In this document: positions 19,779-30,200 of the stretch, piece after piece
Numbering within the stretch: position 1 is the first letter of the stretch
Layout of the letters: each line of letters opens with the position of its first letter
From: a virus
DNA length: 64,000 bases
Reading direction: 5' to 3' (one strand)
Virus record (IMG/VR): IMGVR_UViG_3300021389_001814
Span: 4,467 to 68,466 of that record
The notes under the pieces: model-generated
Seen by the model: only the letters and a program-made list of their open reading frames with translations
Told to the model about the DNA's origin: nothing
Database searches by the model: none
Translations under genes and position numbers: made by a program

Positions 19779-20825
19779 TTATTGTATTTTTTCAACAATT
19801 TGAAGGATTATAGTTCCACTAATAGACGAACCATCGTAAATTTGTGTAATATTAGAAAATTGGTTATTACTCCAATCGGCATAGTAAAAATTTTTATCTG
19901 CTTGAAAATATATCCTGCTTTCATTTTCTATCCAAAAAATCGCTCTTATTTCGGAACTAGCGTTGGGAATATCGGAAAATGTTATATTATCTAAAGAAGA
20001 AGTTCCGAAACCAGTTCCTTGTGTGTACTGAATTGCTTCAATCGTCCCAGTTGTAGTTATCCAAAAAATAGTATCACCAGCATCATTAACAATAGCAGGA
20101 AAGTTGAAAACAGAAGTTGTATGTATTCTAACTGTGCCGAAACCAGTAGTATCGTCCCATTCGTAAACATATATTGCATTTTGCCAATCAACCACGATAA
20201 CATGTGAATCGTCTTTAAACCAATAAGGTTCAGTTGCTACATAATCTTGAGATGGTTTTGATGCAGGATTAGAATACAATGATCCTACTGTTCCAGTTGT
20301 TTGGTTAAAACTATAAAAATATAATATATTAGTTGCACCTGTGAAACTTGACAAAACTGTTCCAGAATTATTAAAAGAAACTGTTGCAAAAGTTCCGGTA
20401 CTGTATGGTCCTATATATGACCCAACTCCTACAGAATCTGTATAATTCCACAAATATATTGCACTCAAATCCCCAGACGTAGCAATATATTTCCCATTTG
20501 GAGAAAATGCGCCACTCTGTGATCTGTTGCCACCTGTACTTGAAGTTAAACCAGTGCTTAATTCTCCACTGTTTTTGTCGAAATTTAAAGGCAACACATA
20601 AGGAGTACCATTATACCTTATCATGGCTACTGCATTTTGTTCAGGGTTCATTTGTAAATCATATATATAAATGTCGTTGTTATAAGTTGAAATATTGCCA
20701 GTATCTATCGAATTGCCATTTTCTATCAATGTCGAAGAAATAACATTTGAAGAAACATTAATCCATATTAATGCAATAGGAGACCCAGAAACACTAGATG
20801 CTCTTAAAATTTTACTACGAATCAT
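19779..20825 (-). CDS. Beta-propeller (WD40-like) fibre tip protein
   Basis: AFSPNGKYIATSGD...IYLWN type repeats; start reassigned to TAATG at 20825 (MIRSKILRASS). Confidence 0.65.
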   Translation of the reverse strand: MIRSKILRASSVSGSPIALIWINVSSNVISSTLIENGNSIDTGNISTYNNDIYIYDLQMNPEQNAVAMIRYNGTPYVLPLNFDKNSGELSTGLTSSTGGNRSQSGAFSPNGKYIATSGDLSAIYLWNYTDSVGVGSYIGPYSTGTFATVSFNNSGTVLSSFTGATNILYFYSFNQTTGTVGSLYSNPASKPSQDYVATEPYWFKDDSHVIVVDWQNAIYVYEWDDTTGFGTVRIHTTSVFNFPAIVNDAGDTIFWITTTGTIEAIQYTQGTGFGTSSLDNITFSDIPNASSEIRAIFWIENESRIYFQADKNFYYADWSNNQFSNITQIYDGSSISGTIILQIVEKIQ

Positions 20826-21730
20826 TATGCAACATCTCCGACATATGCAGCATAAAGTGTAGTTCCGACTTTCCAAAATTCTATAACACTATAACCAGTT
20901 GTAGCTAGTGTTGGGCCACTTCCTCCCACCCAAGATGTTCCAGTTGGCCAAGTAATTACATATCCAGTAGCATCTACCGTCATAAGAGTAATATATTCTC
21001 CACTTAATAGTGAATCTGTATATGTAGTATCTGCCGCAATTGTTTGCGTTTGTATTGTGCCATTACTTGCATCTAATGATGGAGTTGCACCTTCTGTAGT
21101 CAAATCATAGACCTGTTCTGCAACTGCACCAGTAAAACTAATATCCGTATTAAATGTGCTTGGTATGACACCTTCTGGTCCTTGGCTTCCAGCATATCCC
21201 AATGTCCCTTGTGAACCTATGAATCCGATTTCTCCCTGACTTCCAGTATAACCAATATCTCCTTGTTTGCCGATATTAGTCAATACCTGCCACGTTGTTC
21301 CATCATATATAAATTCTACCCTTATTCCACTTATATTAAGAATAAAATCGTCGCTGATTCCTTCAATTGTTTCTAAACTGGTAAGATTTCTAGCAACGGT
21401 GAGAGGGTTTGTTTCCCAACTTGCCCCATCGGTGATTTCTACTATGCTTCCAACGCTAGGACTTTCTGGCAAATAAACGGTAAAAGAACCACCACTAGTA
21501 TCTGCGATTATAGAATCAGTATTTTGCAATTGATATATTGAAGTCTTTAGACTCCAATTCATAGTACCACGACTACCAGTGTATCCGTTACTTCCGGTAT
21601 ATCCATTACTTCCAGTATATCCTATGGGAATAGTATTTTCTAGCGCCCAGTATGTTCCGGTCCATGTATATGTTTTGCCAGAATATTCATATGTTGTTGC
21701 TATATTCGGGTCTGGAAAGTTTAATGGCAT
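20825..21730 (-). CDS. Collagen-like fibre adaptor
   Basis: MPLNFP...W N-terminal motif, GYTGS triplets, IADTSGGSF domain, C-terminal domain ending YVGDVA. Confidence 0.8.
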   Translation of the reverse strand: MPLNFPDPNIATTYEYSGKTYTWTGTYWALENTIPIGYTGSNGYTGSNGYTGSRGTMNWSLKTSIYQLQNTDSIIADTSGGSFTVYLPESPSVGSIVEITDGASWETNPLTVARNLTSLETIEGISDDFILNISGIRVEFIYDGTTWQVLTNIGKQGDIGYTGSQGEIGFIGSQGTLGYAGSQGPEGVIPSTFNTDISFTGAVAEQVYDLTTEGATPSLDASNGTIQTQTIAADTTYTDSLLSGEYITLMTVDATGYVITWPTGTSWVGGSGPTLATTGYSVIEFWKVGTTLYAAYVGDVA

Positions 21731-21757
21731 TTGTAAATCCTCAATATATTATTATAG

Positions 21758-21765
21758 TATTTATA
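21758..21765 (-). promoter_or_regulatory. T4-type late promoter
   Basis: TATAAATA upstream of 21730. Confidence 0.6.
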
Positions 21766-22186
21766 TTGGTTTAGTTGGCCAAACTACATTCCATGGGTCA
21801 ATATCATTCAAGTTATTATATAAATCTCGCAATTCTTGACGATAGGCTACATAATTTGGATCAATCGCAATGCCCGTTTCTATTGCTTTGATTACCTTAT
21901 AATCGGTTTCAGCTAATAATCTATCGCATTCTCTTCTTAATTCATCCCAACGCGCCATTATCTCACTATCATTAGGCGATCTGACAACCCATTGCACATT
22001 TTCACCATCCCATTCCAGTTTGTTGGGATATTCTGCAATAGGGGGATTTTCGACTTGAACGTAGCCCGCATCTACGATTTCTTGTTCTGTGAATGTTGTG
22101 CGGTCTGATCTAATTTTTCCATTTGATAGTCGAATCATATGCGGAATTTGATTTGGATATTCTCGGTTTTTTGTATATAATGTCAT
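21761..22186 (-). CDS. Tail fibre assembly chaperone-like protein
   Basis: LRRECDRLLAETDY...YRQELRDL...WPTKP. Confidence 0.75.
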   Translation of the reverse strand: MTLYTKNREYPNQIPHMIRLSNGKIRSDRTTFTEQEIVDAGYVQVENPPIAEYPNKLEWDGENVQWVVRSPNDSEIMARWDELRRECDRLLAETDYKVIKAIETGIAIDPNYVAYRQELRDLYNNLNDIDPWNVVWPTKPI

Positions 22187-22947
22187 AGCCTACATAGTCC
22201 TGTTATTGTGTTTTCTTCTAATGCCGCGCCAGTAGAAGGCGTTATTTCTGTTGTTGAAGATAGTGGATTGGTGTTATAGCCATATGTTAACCATTCACCC
22301 GACCCGTAATCAAATGACCCGTCGTTTCCGAAATTTGGCAGAGTGCCTGTTGAAGAATTCTGCGAACTGGTAACTGATATTGCCCAACTTCCCCCACCAG
22401 TGTTGAGCGTTACATTATTCGGGGTTCCAGCAAACGCATTTCCGGTATAATCAATAGTGTTTGAAGTAACCGGAGACGTAAAAGAAACCAATCCTGTATG
22501 ATACATACTATTTTGGTAATTTATGCTATAGGACGAAGTTGTTCCAAGTGAGCCGTTATCAACAATTCTAAAATACGTTATAGCGTGTAAATATATGGTG
22601 GGGTTTGTAGTATTCAAAGTTTGATATTCTACCGGAGTCATTTCAATCCCACCCAAGATGAAGGAATTGAAATTCACGGGTGTTACACTTGCGTTAGTAA
22701 TTGATCCGACAATAATCCATATTTCTCTGTCAGAATGTGCGGTTCCCAAATTTATTGTTCCGCTTACAGAAGTGCTTGCGTGTATTGGATGTGCACCAGT
22801 TCCTTGAAATCCATAAGGAGTTACAAACTTCGTAGACCAAACACTTCGTCTATTGTAAACATATTGGTCCACCAAGTTCCAAACACCGTTTGGTCTCGTG
22901 TCTGCGGTTGGTGTTATGTCTTTTCCTATGAGTTTACCGTTTGTCAT
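22183..22947 (-). CDS. Putative fibre tip protein
   Basis: N-terminal NGKLIG...NGVWNL..QY motif, Ser/Thr-rich body; ATGA overlaps. Confidence 0.6.
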   Translation of the reverse strand: MTNGKLIGKDITPTADTRPNGVWNLVDQYVYNRRSVWSTKFVTPYGFQGTGAHPIHASTSVSGTINLGTAHSDREIWIIVGSITNASVTPVNFNSFILGGIEMTPVEYQTLNTTNPTIYLHAITYFRIVDNGSLGTTSSYSINYQNSMYHTGLVSFTSPVTSNTIDYTGNAFAGTPNNVTLNTGGGSWAISVTSSQNSSTGTLPNFGNDGSFDYGSGEWLTYGYNTNPLSSTTEITPSTGAALEENTITGLCRL

Positions 22948-24167
22948 GATATTTTATACACCTGAAGTCCGTCCCACCATATGCTACTTCCCGTCCCTCC
23001 TGTTTGCGGACCATCTAGCCTAAGCTGAATATACCTCACATCTGAGTTATTGATAGTGAAACTGGTTTTGATCTCTTTCCATTCTGTATCAAATTGAACC
23101 GTTCCCTGTTTTATATCACCACCTGTATTAGCCCAAATGCCATCAGCCCTTGTCCCAAATAGGTAAATTTGACCATCTACCAATCCTGTTTGACCTGCCT
23201 TTACTAATACTCTCATTTCCCACGTCTCTCCGGTTACTGCCGGTGCGATATTCCATGTGTATCCTCCGATGTTAGAATATGTTCCAACTTGAGGATCATT
23301 TCCGTCTCCAGTAATATCCATTCTCATTGGTATTCCTCCGAATGGAGAATCAGTAACTGAAGAATCTCTAGATATGTTACAATTTAATCCAGTTGTGATA
23401 GCTCCGTCTCGACCAACCCACCCGTAAATATCTATTGGATTGCCTACTAGATTGAATTTATTAGCGGAACCCCGCCATAACGGTATTGAATTATAATAAG
23501 TAGAAGACAAATTCCAAATACCACTTTGCGCTGTTTGAATGATATTTTCTGTTGAATTCGCCAATTGATTTCCATAAAAAGTCAACACAGAAGCGCCTGA
23601 TGTGCCAGCACTCCAAACTGTAGATGGTTCTCCAGTAGGCCCGTCATTAGTGGTTGCAAGATAGTTTCCTGCGTTTGATCCAGACCAATTACCATTCTCA
23701 AGAGAACTACCGTTAGTAGTTAATCTTTCTCCTTTTAGCATTCCGTCTATCCAAAGTCTTACTCTACCCGGATTTGTTTGAAATTCCCAAACAACATTAT
23801 GAACTTGATTGTCCATTGGGAAATCCGTGATATCTAAAACTGCAGCATTTGTCGTGCTACCACTTAGGGAAACGCCATCTCCAGCCCTGACCCTAAAAAC
23901 GGTTCCCCCATCACGCAAACCAACCCAACATCCAGTTCCTGAACCTCCCATTTTGAAGATTTGGCCATCTGCTGGTGATGATGAAAATAAAACGTCACAC
24001 GAAAAAACCGCATTTTGTCCACGTTCAGTTGACGTATATGAAGTAAATGTGGACGCAACACTTTCGGTATAAGTGGTGGTCAAATCTTCGCCCCAAACAG
24101 TAATAGTTTCGGACAACGCATAGTCAGGAGAATCCCCAACAATACCGCCAAACCCTCTCCACAACAT
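22944..24167 (-). CDS. Fibre tip protein with LamG-like and CBM-like domains
   Basis: VHNVVW...VRLWIDG (LamG-like); WKEIKTSFT...IWWDGLQV (CBM-like). Confidence 0.6.
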   Translation of the reverse strand: MLWRGFGGIVGDSPDYALSETITVWGEDLTTTYTESVASTFTSYTSTERGQNAVFSCDVLFSSSPADGQIFKMGGSGTGCWVGLRDGGTVFRVRAGDGVSLSGSTTNAAVLDITDFPMDNQVHNVVWEFQTNPGRVRLWIDGMLKGERLTTNGSSLENGNWSGSNAGNYLATTNDGPTGEPSTVWSAGTSGASVLTFYGNQLANSTENIIQTAQSGIWNLSSTYYNSIPLWRGSANKFNLVGNPIDIYGWVGRDGAITTGLNCNISRDSSVTDSPFGGIPMRMDITGDGNDPQVGTYSNIGGYTWNIAPAVTGETWEMRVLVKAGQTGLVDGQIYLFGTRADGIWANTGGDIKQGTVQFDTEWKEIKTSFTINNSDVRYIQLRLDGPQTGGTGSSIWWDGLQVYKIS

Positions 24168-24538
24168 TATACAGTATCCGTAATTATTTCATAAGAACAT
24201 ACTGCCTGCAAATCGCCATCTGCACTAGCAATTCCTTGAAGCAAGTCATCTTCTTCTAAATAAATGCCCATATCTTTTGATACTGCAATCAATGTAGAAT
24301 TTGCAGGAACAGTAATAGTAGATGCTAACGCAACCGTAGTTGTTCCGCCTCTTATGATGTTTATAGTAACAGCGGCGTCATTTATTCCGTCTATATTTGA
24401 GACTACTACCGAGTTTATTTTGTATACACTTCCACTAGCAGCAGAATTGCTCGTAATAGTATCCCCAACAGTTGTTAAATCTGTTAAATCAATTTTTGCA
24501 GTTATCGTTGTTACATTTACTATATTAGGTGCTGCCAT
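24167..24538 (-). CDS. Small conserved virion connector protein
   Basis: MAAPNIVNV...VSNIDG...ITVPANSTL...YLEEDD...CSYEII, a recurrent phage structural-gene motif. Confidence 0.7.
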   Translation of the reverse strand: MAAPNIVNVTTITAKIDLTDLTTVGDTITSNSAASGSVYKINSVVVSNIDGINDAAVTINIIRGGTTTVALASTITVPANSTLIAVSKDMGIYLEEDDLLQGIASADGDLQAVCSYEIITDTV

Positions 24539-24598
24539 CTTTAATCAATCCTTTATTATTATTATATTTATCCGAAAAATAAACAAATGCTTTCATAG

Positions 24599-26173
24599 TT
24601 AACCTCCAAAAACAATTGTCATTGCAATGGCTTTACCAGTAACATCGGCAGTCGGTCCTTGGCTTCCGGTGTATCCAACATCTCCCTTTTCACCAATGTT
24701 GCTTATAACTTGCCAAGTTGTTCCATCATATATAAATTCAGTTCTATTACTTCCGATATCAAGTATTATGTCGTCACTAACACCTTCAATAGTAGAACCA
24801 TTTCTTAAAATTGTTAATGGATTAATTGACCAATTGCTTGCATCTGCAAACACAACTGTATTTCCTTGTAAGGGCGATGCTGGCAAACTTATACTAAAAC
24901 TTGCACTGCTTGTATCTGCTAATATTGCTTCTAAGTTACTTGCAACATACAAATCGTTTGTGTTGTCTAAATAGACCCAATCGTGGAATTTCCCAGTAGA
25001 ACCTACAAACCCGGTAATCCCGCGACTTCCAGTATACCCTATGTTTCCTTGACTACCACTATATCCACGTAATCCTCTTGGTCCGGTAGCACCTACCCAA
25101 GTTTCATCATAATAAACATTCAAACTCGCATCTGTTGAATTAAACCATAAATACCCATTTGAAATATCAGGAGTTGACGGTGCCGTGTCAGTTACTTGTG
25201 CACTAAATCCGCGACTACCACTATATCCGACACTTCCGCTATATCCTTGACTTCCAGCGAAACCAATTTCACCTTGTGGACCAATTGGTCCACTAACAAC
25301 TACCCATTGCGTCGTGTCGCCATCGTCGTAATATACTTTCAGAGACCCATCTTCAGTGTCAAACCACATTTGACCATTAACTGGATTACTAGGCGGGGAG
25401 CTAAGTGTTTCAGTTAATATACCAGTTATACCCTTACTTCCACTGAATCCGCGACTTCCGATATATCCAATACTTCCGGCATAACCTTGGCTACCTTGGA
25501 AACCTTGCGAACCATTAAACCCCTGACTTCCAGTCCATCCTTGTGAACCAGTATATCCTATTATACCTTGACTTCCGGTATATCCCTGACTACCTTGGAA
25601 ACCTTGCGAACCATTAAACCCCTGACTTCCAGTCCATCCTTGTGAACCAGTATATCCTATTATACCTTGACTTCCGGTATATCCCTGACTACCTTGGAAA
25701 CCTTGACTTCCGGTCCATCCTTGTGAACCAGTGTATCCTTGACTTCCTGCCCATCCTTGTGAACCAGTATATCCTATTATACCCTGACTTCCGGTGTATC
25801 CCTGCGAACCCGTATATCCGCGAGAACCAGTATAAGCACGACTGCCAGTATATCCAATTATTCCCTGAGAACCAGTATATCCCTGCGACCCATTAAACCC
25901 CTGACTTCCGGTGTATCCCTGCGAACCAGTATATGCACGAGAACCAGTATACCCCAATATACCCTGACTTCCAATGAAACCAGTTATACCCTGACTTCCG
26001 CTGAACCCACGAATACCACCATAGGGCAAACTGGCCCAATCAGTAACACCATCGCCTATTTTAAATTGTCTAGTATCAGTTTCTAATGCTATTTCGCCAA
26101 CGGCTAAAACTGGATTTGCATCATTCCATTCAAATTGGGTTCCGCGTCTAAATTGAAATTGAATAAACGCCAT
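24599..26173 (-). CDS. Collagen-like fibre protein with Mtd_N-like N-terminus
   Basis: QFRRGT..EW...NPVLAVGE...ETDT..FKIGDG...W..LPY; long GxTGSQ repeat; ends KAIAMTIVFGG; start reassigned to TAATG at 26173. Confidence 0.85.
   Translation of the reverse strand: MAFIQFQFRRGTQFEWNDANPVLAVGEIALETDTRQFKIGDGVTDWASLPYGGIRGFSGSQGITGFIGSQGILGYTGSRAYTGSQGYTGSQGFNGSQGYTGSQGIIGYTGSRAYTGSRGYTGSQGYTGSQGIIGYTGSQGWAGSQGYTGSQGWTGSQGFQGSQGYTGSQGIIGYTGSQGWTGSQGFNGSQGFQGSQGYTGSQGIIGYTGSQGWTGSQGFNGSQGFQGSQGYAGSIGYIGSRGFSGSKGITGILTETLSSPPSNPVNGQMWFDTEDGSLKVYYDDGDTTQWVVVSGPIGPQGEIGFAGSQGYSGSVGYSGSRGFSAQVTDTAPSTPDISNGYLWFNSTDASLNVYYDETWVGATGPRGLRGYSGSQGNIGYTGSRGITGFVGSTGKFHDWVYLDNTNDLYVASNLEAILADTSSASFSISLPASPLQGNTVVFADASNWSINPLTILRNGSTIEGVSDDIILDIGSNRTEFIYDGTTWQVISNIGEKGDVGYTGSQGPTADVTGKAIAMTIVFGG
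25491..25705. repeat. Perfect 99-bp tandem duplication (11 collagen triplets)
   Basis: Unit starting ctaccttggaaaccttg at 25491, 25590 and (partial) 25689. Confidence 0.9.
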
Positions 26174-26466
26174 TAAGAAACACCTCCGCAATTAATATTA
26201 AATCCTACAGAAAAATCTGTATAAGGTGTTCCTGCATCATAAATTATTGGACTTGGCGCACCCACACTTCCGGTATAACCACGGCTTCCGGTATATCCAA
26301 ATCCACCTGTTCCGCCGCCACCAGTGGATACCAGTTCCCAGTTTCCATCACCAGTTCCAATTAATAATTGTTTTGTTTCAGTGTCATAATATAATCTATC
26401 TTTGTCAATTTTTAAATTGTCAAGTAATAAATTTTTGTTTGTAGACCAGATTTTTAAAACAGGCAT
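26173..26466 (-). CDS. Small collagen-like linker protein
   Basis: YYDTETKQLLIG..GNW knob, GYTGS x2, ends INCGGVS; TAATG coupling to next gene. Confidence 0.7.
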   Translation of the reverse strand: MPVLKIWSTNKNLLLDNLKIDKDRLYYDTETKQLLIGTGDGNWELVSTGGGGTGGFGYTGSRGYTGSVGAPSPIIYDAGTPYTDFSVGFNINCGGVS

Positions 26467-26471
26467 AGAAC

Positions 26472-26708
26472 TTAATCCTCCTGTTCGCCATCTTCATCCA
26501 AAAACTCATCCTGAAGCAATTCACTGGCAACTTTAGATTCTTTACCAAGACCTGCTTTTGCCAATTCTAATTTTTGTTGAAGGGGAGGAACCATTACCTC
26601 TTTTTCATCATTGGTTTCAGATGAATTATCCATATCTACATCGACTTCGCCATTTTCTCCAAAGCGAATGTTTATTGGGATATTAATTGCGAATTCACGG
26701 TATCTCAT
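26472..26708 (-). CDS. Small acidic hypothetical protein
   Basis: 78-aa ORF with AAGGA RBS and upstream AATAAATA; MVPPLQQKLEL motif. Confidence 0.65.
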   Translation of the reverse strand: MRYREFAINIPINIRFGENGEVDVDMDNSSETNDEKEVMVPPLQQKLELAKAGLGKESKVASELLQDEFLDEDGEQED

Positions 26709-26770
26709 TTATAATTATCCTTTTAAGTATACTAGTTATATTTATTAAAAAGATACCGTGATTTATTTCA

Positions 26771-27244
26771 TTAGGGTTTTGTTGGCCAAGTTACTGCATA
26801 CGGAAAGTTTTCTTGTTTAGGAATATCTCTTAACGCTTGACGATAATCTTTCCATTCTTGTGGAACACTGATACCATCTTCAAGATATTTAATAGGAACC
26901 CAATCGGTCTCAGTAAGATTTTCGTCTCTTATGGAACGAATTTTATTTTCCAATGCAAGTTTTTCGCTATCAATAGTTTCCTGCGATTTTTGAATAGTAT
27001 CCCATCCTACAATCCAATTATTATCTTTTAATACTGGTGTAGATTTTTTAGAAAGTATCTGTGTGATACTGTCATAATCTGGTTTAACATCCTCGTAAAC
27101 AGGACGAACATTTTTTTGTATTAAGAATGTGTTATTCAATACTTTTGGAAAGCTTGTATTTTTATTGTCTGCGCGAAACATATCCAAAGTATAAGGATAC
27201 TGTTCTATTTCCCCTGCATTATTTAGTTTTACAAAAAGTAACAT
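26771..27244 (-). CDS. Tail fibre assembly chaperone-like protein
   Basis: IRSIRDENLTETDW...WKDYRQALRDIPKQ..FP...WPTKP; paralogous to 17991. Confidence 0.8.
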   Translation of the reverse strand: MLLFVKLNNAGEIEQYPYTLDMFRADNKNTSFPKVLNNTFLIQKNVRPVYEDVKPDYDSITQILSKKSTPVLKDNNWIVGWDTIQKSQETIDSEKLALENKIRSIRDENLTETDWVPIKYLEDGISVPQEWKDYRQALRDIPKQENFPYAVTWPTKP

Positions 27245-27268
27245 ATATTTATCTCCTTATACATATAT

Positions 27269-30200
27269 TTATTGTGGATTATCTGAATTTTTTATTTTTT
27301 CTAAACCGTATATACGATTTCCATTGTCCGAAACATATAATTCTACAATGGTACTACTTCCTCTTGCTGGTATCTGCGGTGGGCTATCATTTTCCCAATT
27401 TATACCAGTTGGCCATATGATCATAGGACTATATGTTGCAATTGTGTATGAATATATAGAATTATTACCGTCTCCCAACATAAACATTTTTGATCCGCTA
27501 TAATCAAATCCAACATCTGCCATAGGTATAGTAGGAACTGCGGTAAATGCTTTTCCATCATAAGATGCAGTTGTTATGTCCCACGGCGTTGACATTGTGA
27601 ATTGGAATATATCGTCACGGTCTAGACCATAAATAAACAATTTATCACCTAGTGGACTTATATAGAATGTTGTAAGATTTCTTTCATTCACATCTATTCT
27701 AAAATGTTCTTGGAATACTGCGGTTTGAGAATTGTCTATACTACTCAAGTCCCACGCGGTGTTTAAAACGTATTCCACGACGGTATTATCGTATGTTCCC
27801 ATTACATACAATCTTGTTCCATCTGGCTTGAATTGTATTTTTGTATATGGGTCAATCGTGTAATTTACATTGATATCCGCAAAATAGGCGTCATAAGGAT
27901 ATGTTTTTCCTCGGCCCCAAACTATGCGAACCGCGCCATCGCCGCCGTCAGTTGTTCCAGAAGTATTTCTATCGTCACTTCTTGCACCATACCCAAAAAC
28001 GGCGGATGCTAGTGTTCCATTTGATACATTTATGGAACCATTTCCGCCGTTTCCGCCATTATACACGCCAGCAGCACCGTCACTGCCAATTCCATAGATT
28101 CCGACAGCGCCACCGACGCCGCCAAGGTATCCATTGGAACCACCGCCGCCACCGCCGCCTGCCCCGCCAGCACCAGCAGTAGCTAATCCAGTATAAAAGC
28201 CACCATTGCCGCCATTTCCAAGATATCCTCCGGCACCACCACCGCCACTTGCAAATGAAGAAGATGTGCTACTACTCCCATTTCCTCCATTTCCGCCACC
28301 GTCACCGACATATGTGCCGCCAGTGTACCGATTTGCACCACTGCCCAATACTGTGCCAGTCGTCGTAAAATAACTAGCTCCGCCAGAATTTGAAGAATTG
28401 GATAAATATACACCTGCACCGCCTGCACCCACCACAACAGTATACGATTGTCCTGGAATAACAGGTATGTCATTTTTCCAACCAAGCCCGCCGCCGCCAC
28501 CAGAACGAGCGTAATAGGCATCTCCCGCGACACCACCGCCGCCGCCGCCTATACATACTGCGCTAACACTAGTAACTCCATTCGGACAAGTCCAGCTATA
28601 AGTTCCGGGTGTTGTGTAAATTGCTTCACCATGGTAGTCTGCTGGATTTGGAAGTGTAACCGTAGTCCCAGAATATGATTGACCGCCTGAATCAAATCCC
28701 AATTCCCACGCAATATCTAAATCATATTGACTAATTGTTCCATTGGCAGAACCAATCGCATACAATATAGTTCCATCTTCATTAAACATAAATCCACTAG
28801 AATTACTATCCTGTAAACCAACATTTAAGAAACCACTAGGACCAGATGCAGATATAGAAGACAAATCATATTGTATATCACAATTGTATTGTAGTATTAT
28901 AGGGCTTATGTTTCCAAGAACATAAAGTCTGAATCCATCTTTGCCCCATCTAAATGCGATAATATCTTCATCCCCTGCTTTCGTTGTTGGGTTAAATGTT
29001 ATTCCATCACTGCTATAATTTTCTAAATCCCATTCACCATAATCAATATCATATTGATATACGCGGTCGGTGTTATAATCACATAGATATAGATGCTCTC
29101 CATCTGGGCTTACGCAGATATCACTAAATGTAGTCCCGCCTATTCCACTAAATTCTATCGTTTTTCCAGTAAAAGATGCAGTGCTAACACGGAAAGGCGT
29201 AGACAATCTAAATTGACTTACGCTCTTTAATGTTCGGTCCATAATAAACATATGGCGTCCATCTTCGGTGAACGATATACCATGAAAACTTATGCCATAT
29301 GTTGTTCCTAAGTTGTAACTATATGTATTTGTTAAAGTTTTGTTTCCTAGAGTCCATGGAGCATCTAGCACATACTGATATACAATTTCACTTATTCCTA
29401 AAATATAAAAATTTAGTCCATCGCTACTAAACCACATTCCATATGGGATACTTTCTTGTGCGCCAATATAACCATTATCTACATACGATGCAGTTGTTAT
29501 ATCCCAAGGGGTTGACATTAAATACATTCTAACACGGTCAGTACTTGTTCCAACAATATAAAAATATTTTCCATCGGGCGAGACGTATATCGCAGTAGGA
29601 GAAGTTTCTGCGGAACCTATATAAAATTCTTTATGTTGATATCTTGCACTAGTTATATCCCAAGGCGTATTTAAAACATAATAATGAACCTTATCGTCGT
29701 TACTTGAAACTGCATACATCCTAGTTCCATCATGAGTGACAAATAACCCTTCAATTGTTTCCATATGTTTATTCATGCTATAATAACCAGAATATGATGC
29801 ACTAGAAACTGTCCAATCAGTTATGGTATATTTGTGTATTCGGTAATTCGAAGATTCTGCATAAAACATTTCTGTTCCATCAGGATTAAAGAACACACTT
29901 CTTCCAGCAGTAGAAATACTAGCAAAACTATAACTATCGTCTGCGCCAGCACTTCCTAAAATATTCCAAGCAGAATTTAAGTCATACATATAAACACGAT
30001 CTGTTGCCCCGCCAAATACATATAATTTTAATCCATCGCTTTGTCTAATATACATTTGTATGGGAGAACTATCTTCCGCAGTAACCGACAATTCTTGGAA
30101 AACATAACTTAATGGGGTAGGACTGCCATCAGAGAAAACCCATGCAGTATTAAGAGAATATTGAAAAATCTTGTTTTCGCTATCAGAAAGTAAGAACATA

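Noticed and set aside
17041-25420. Template/variable repeat pair of a diversity-generating retroelement, prompted by the Mtd_N-like domain
   Set aside because: No reverse transcriptase in the window; both copies are coding and differences look mostly synonymous rather than adenine-specific
25491-25980. Regular repeats as a possible CRISPR array
   Set aside because: In-frame coding repeats with no unique spacers and no cas genes
10288-26191. ORF-track starts at 10315, 20876 and 26191 suggesting long overlaps or programmed frameshifts
   Set aside because: Each has a TAATG stop/start junction (10288, 20825, 26173); translational coupling is the simpler explanation
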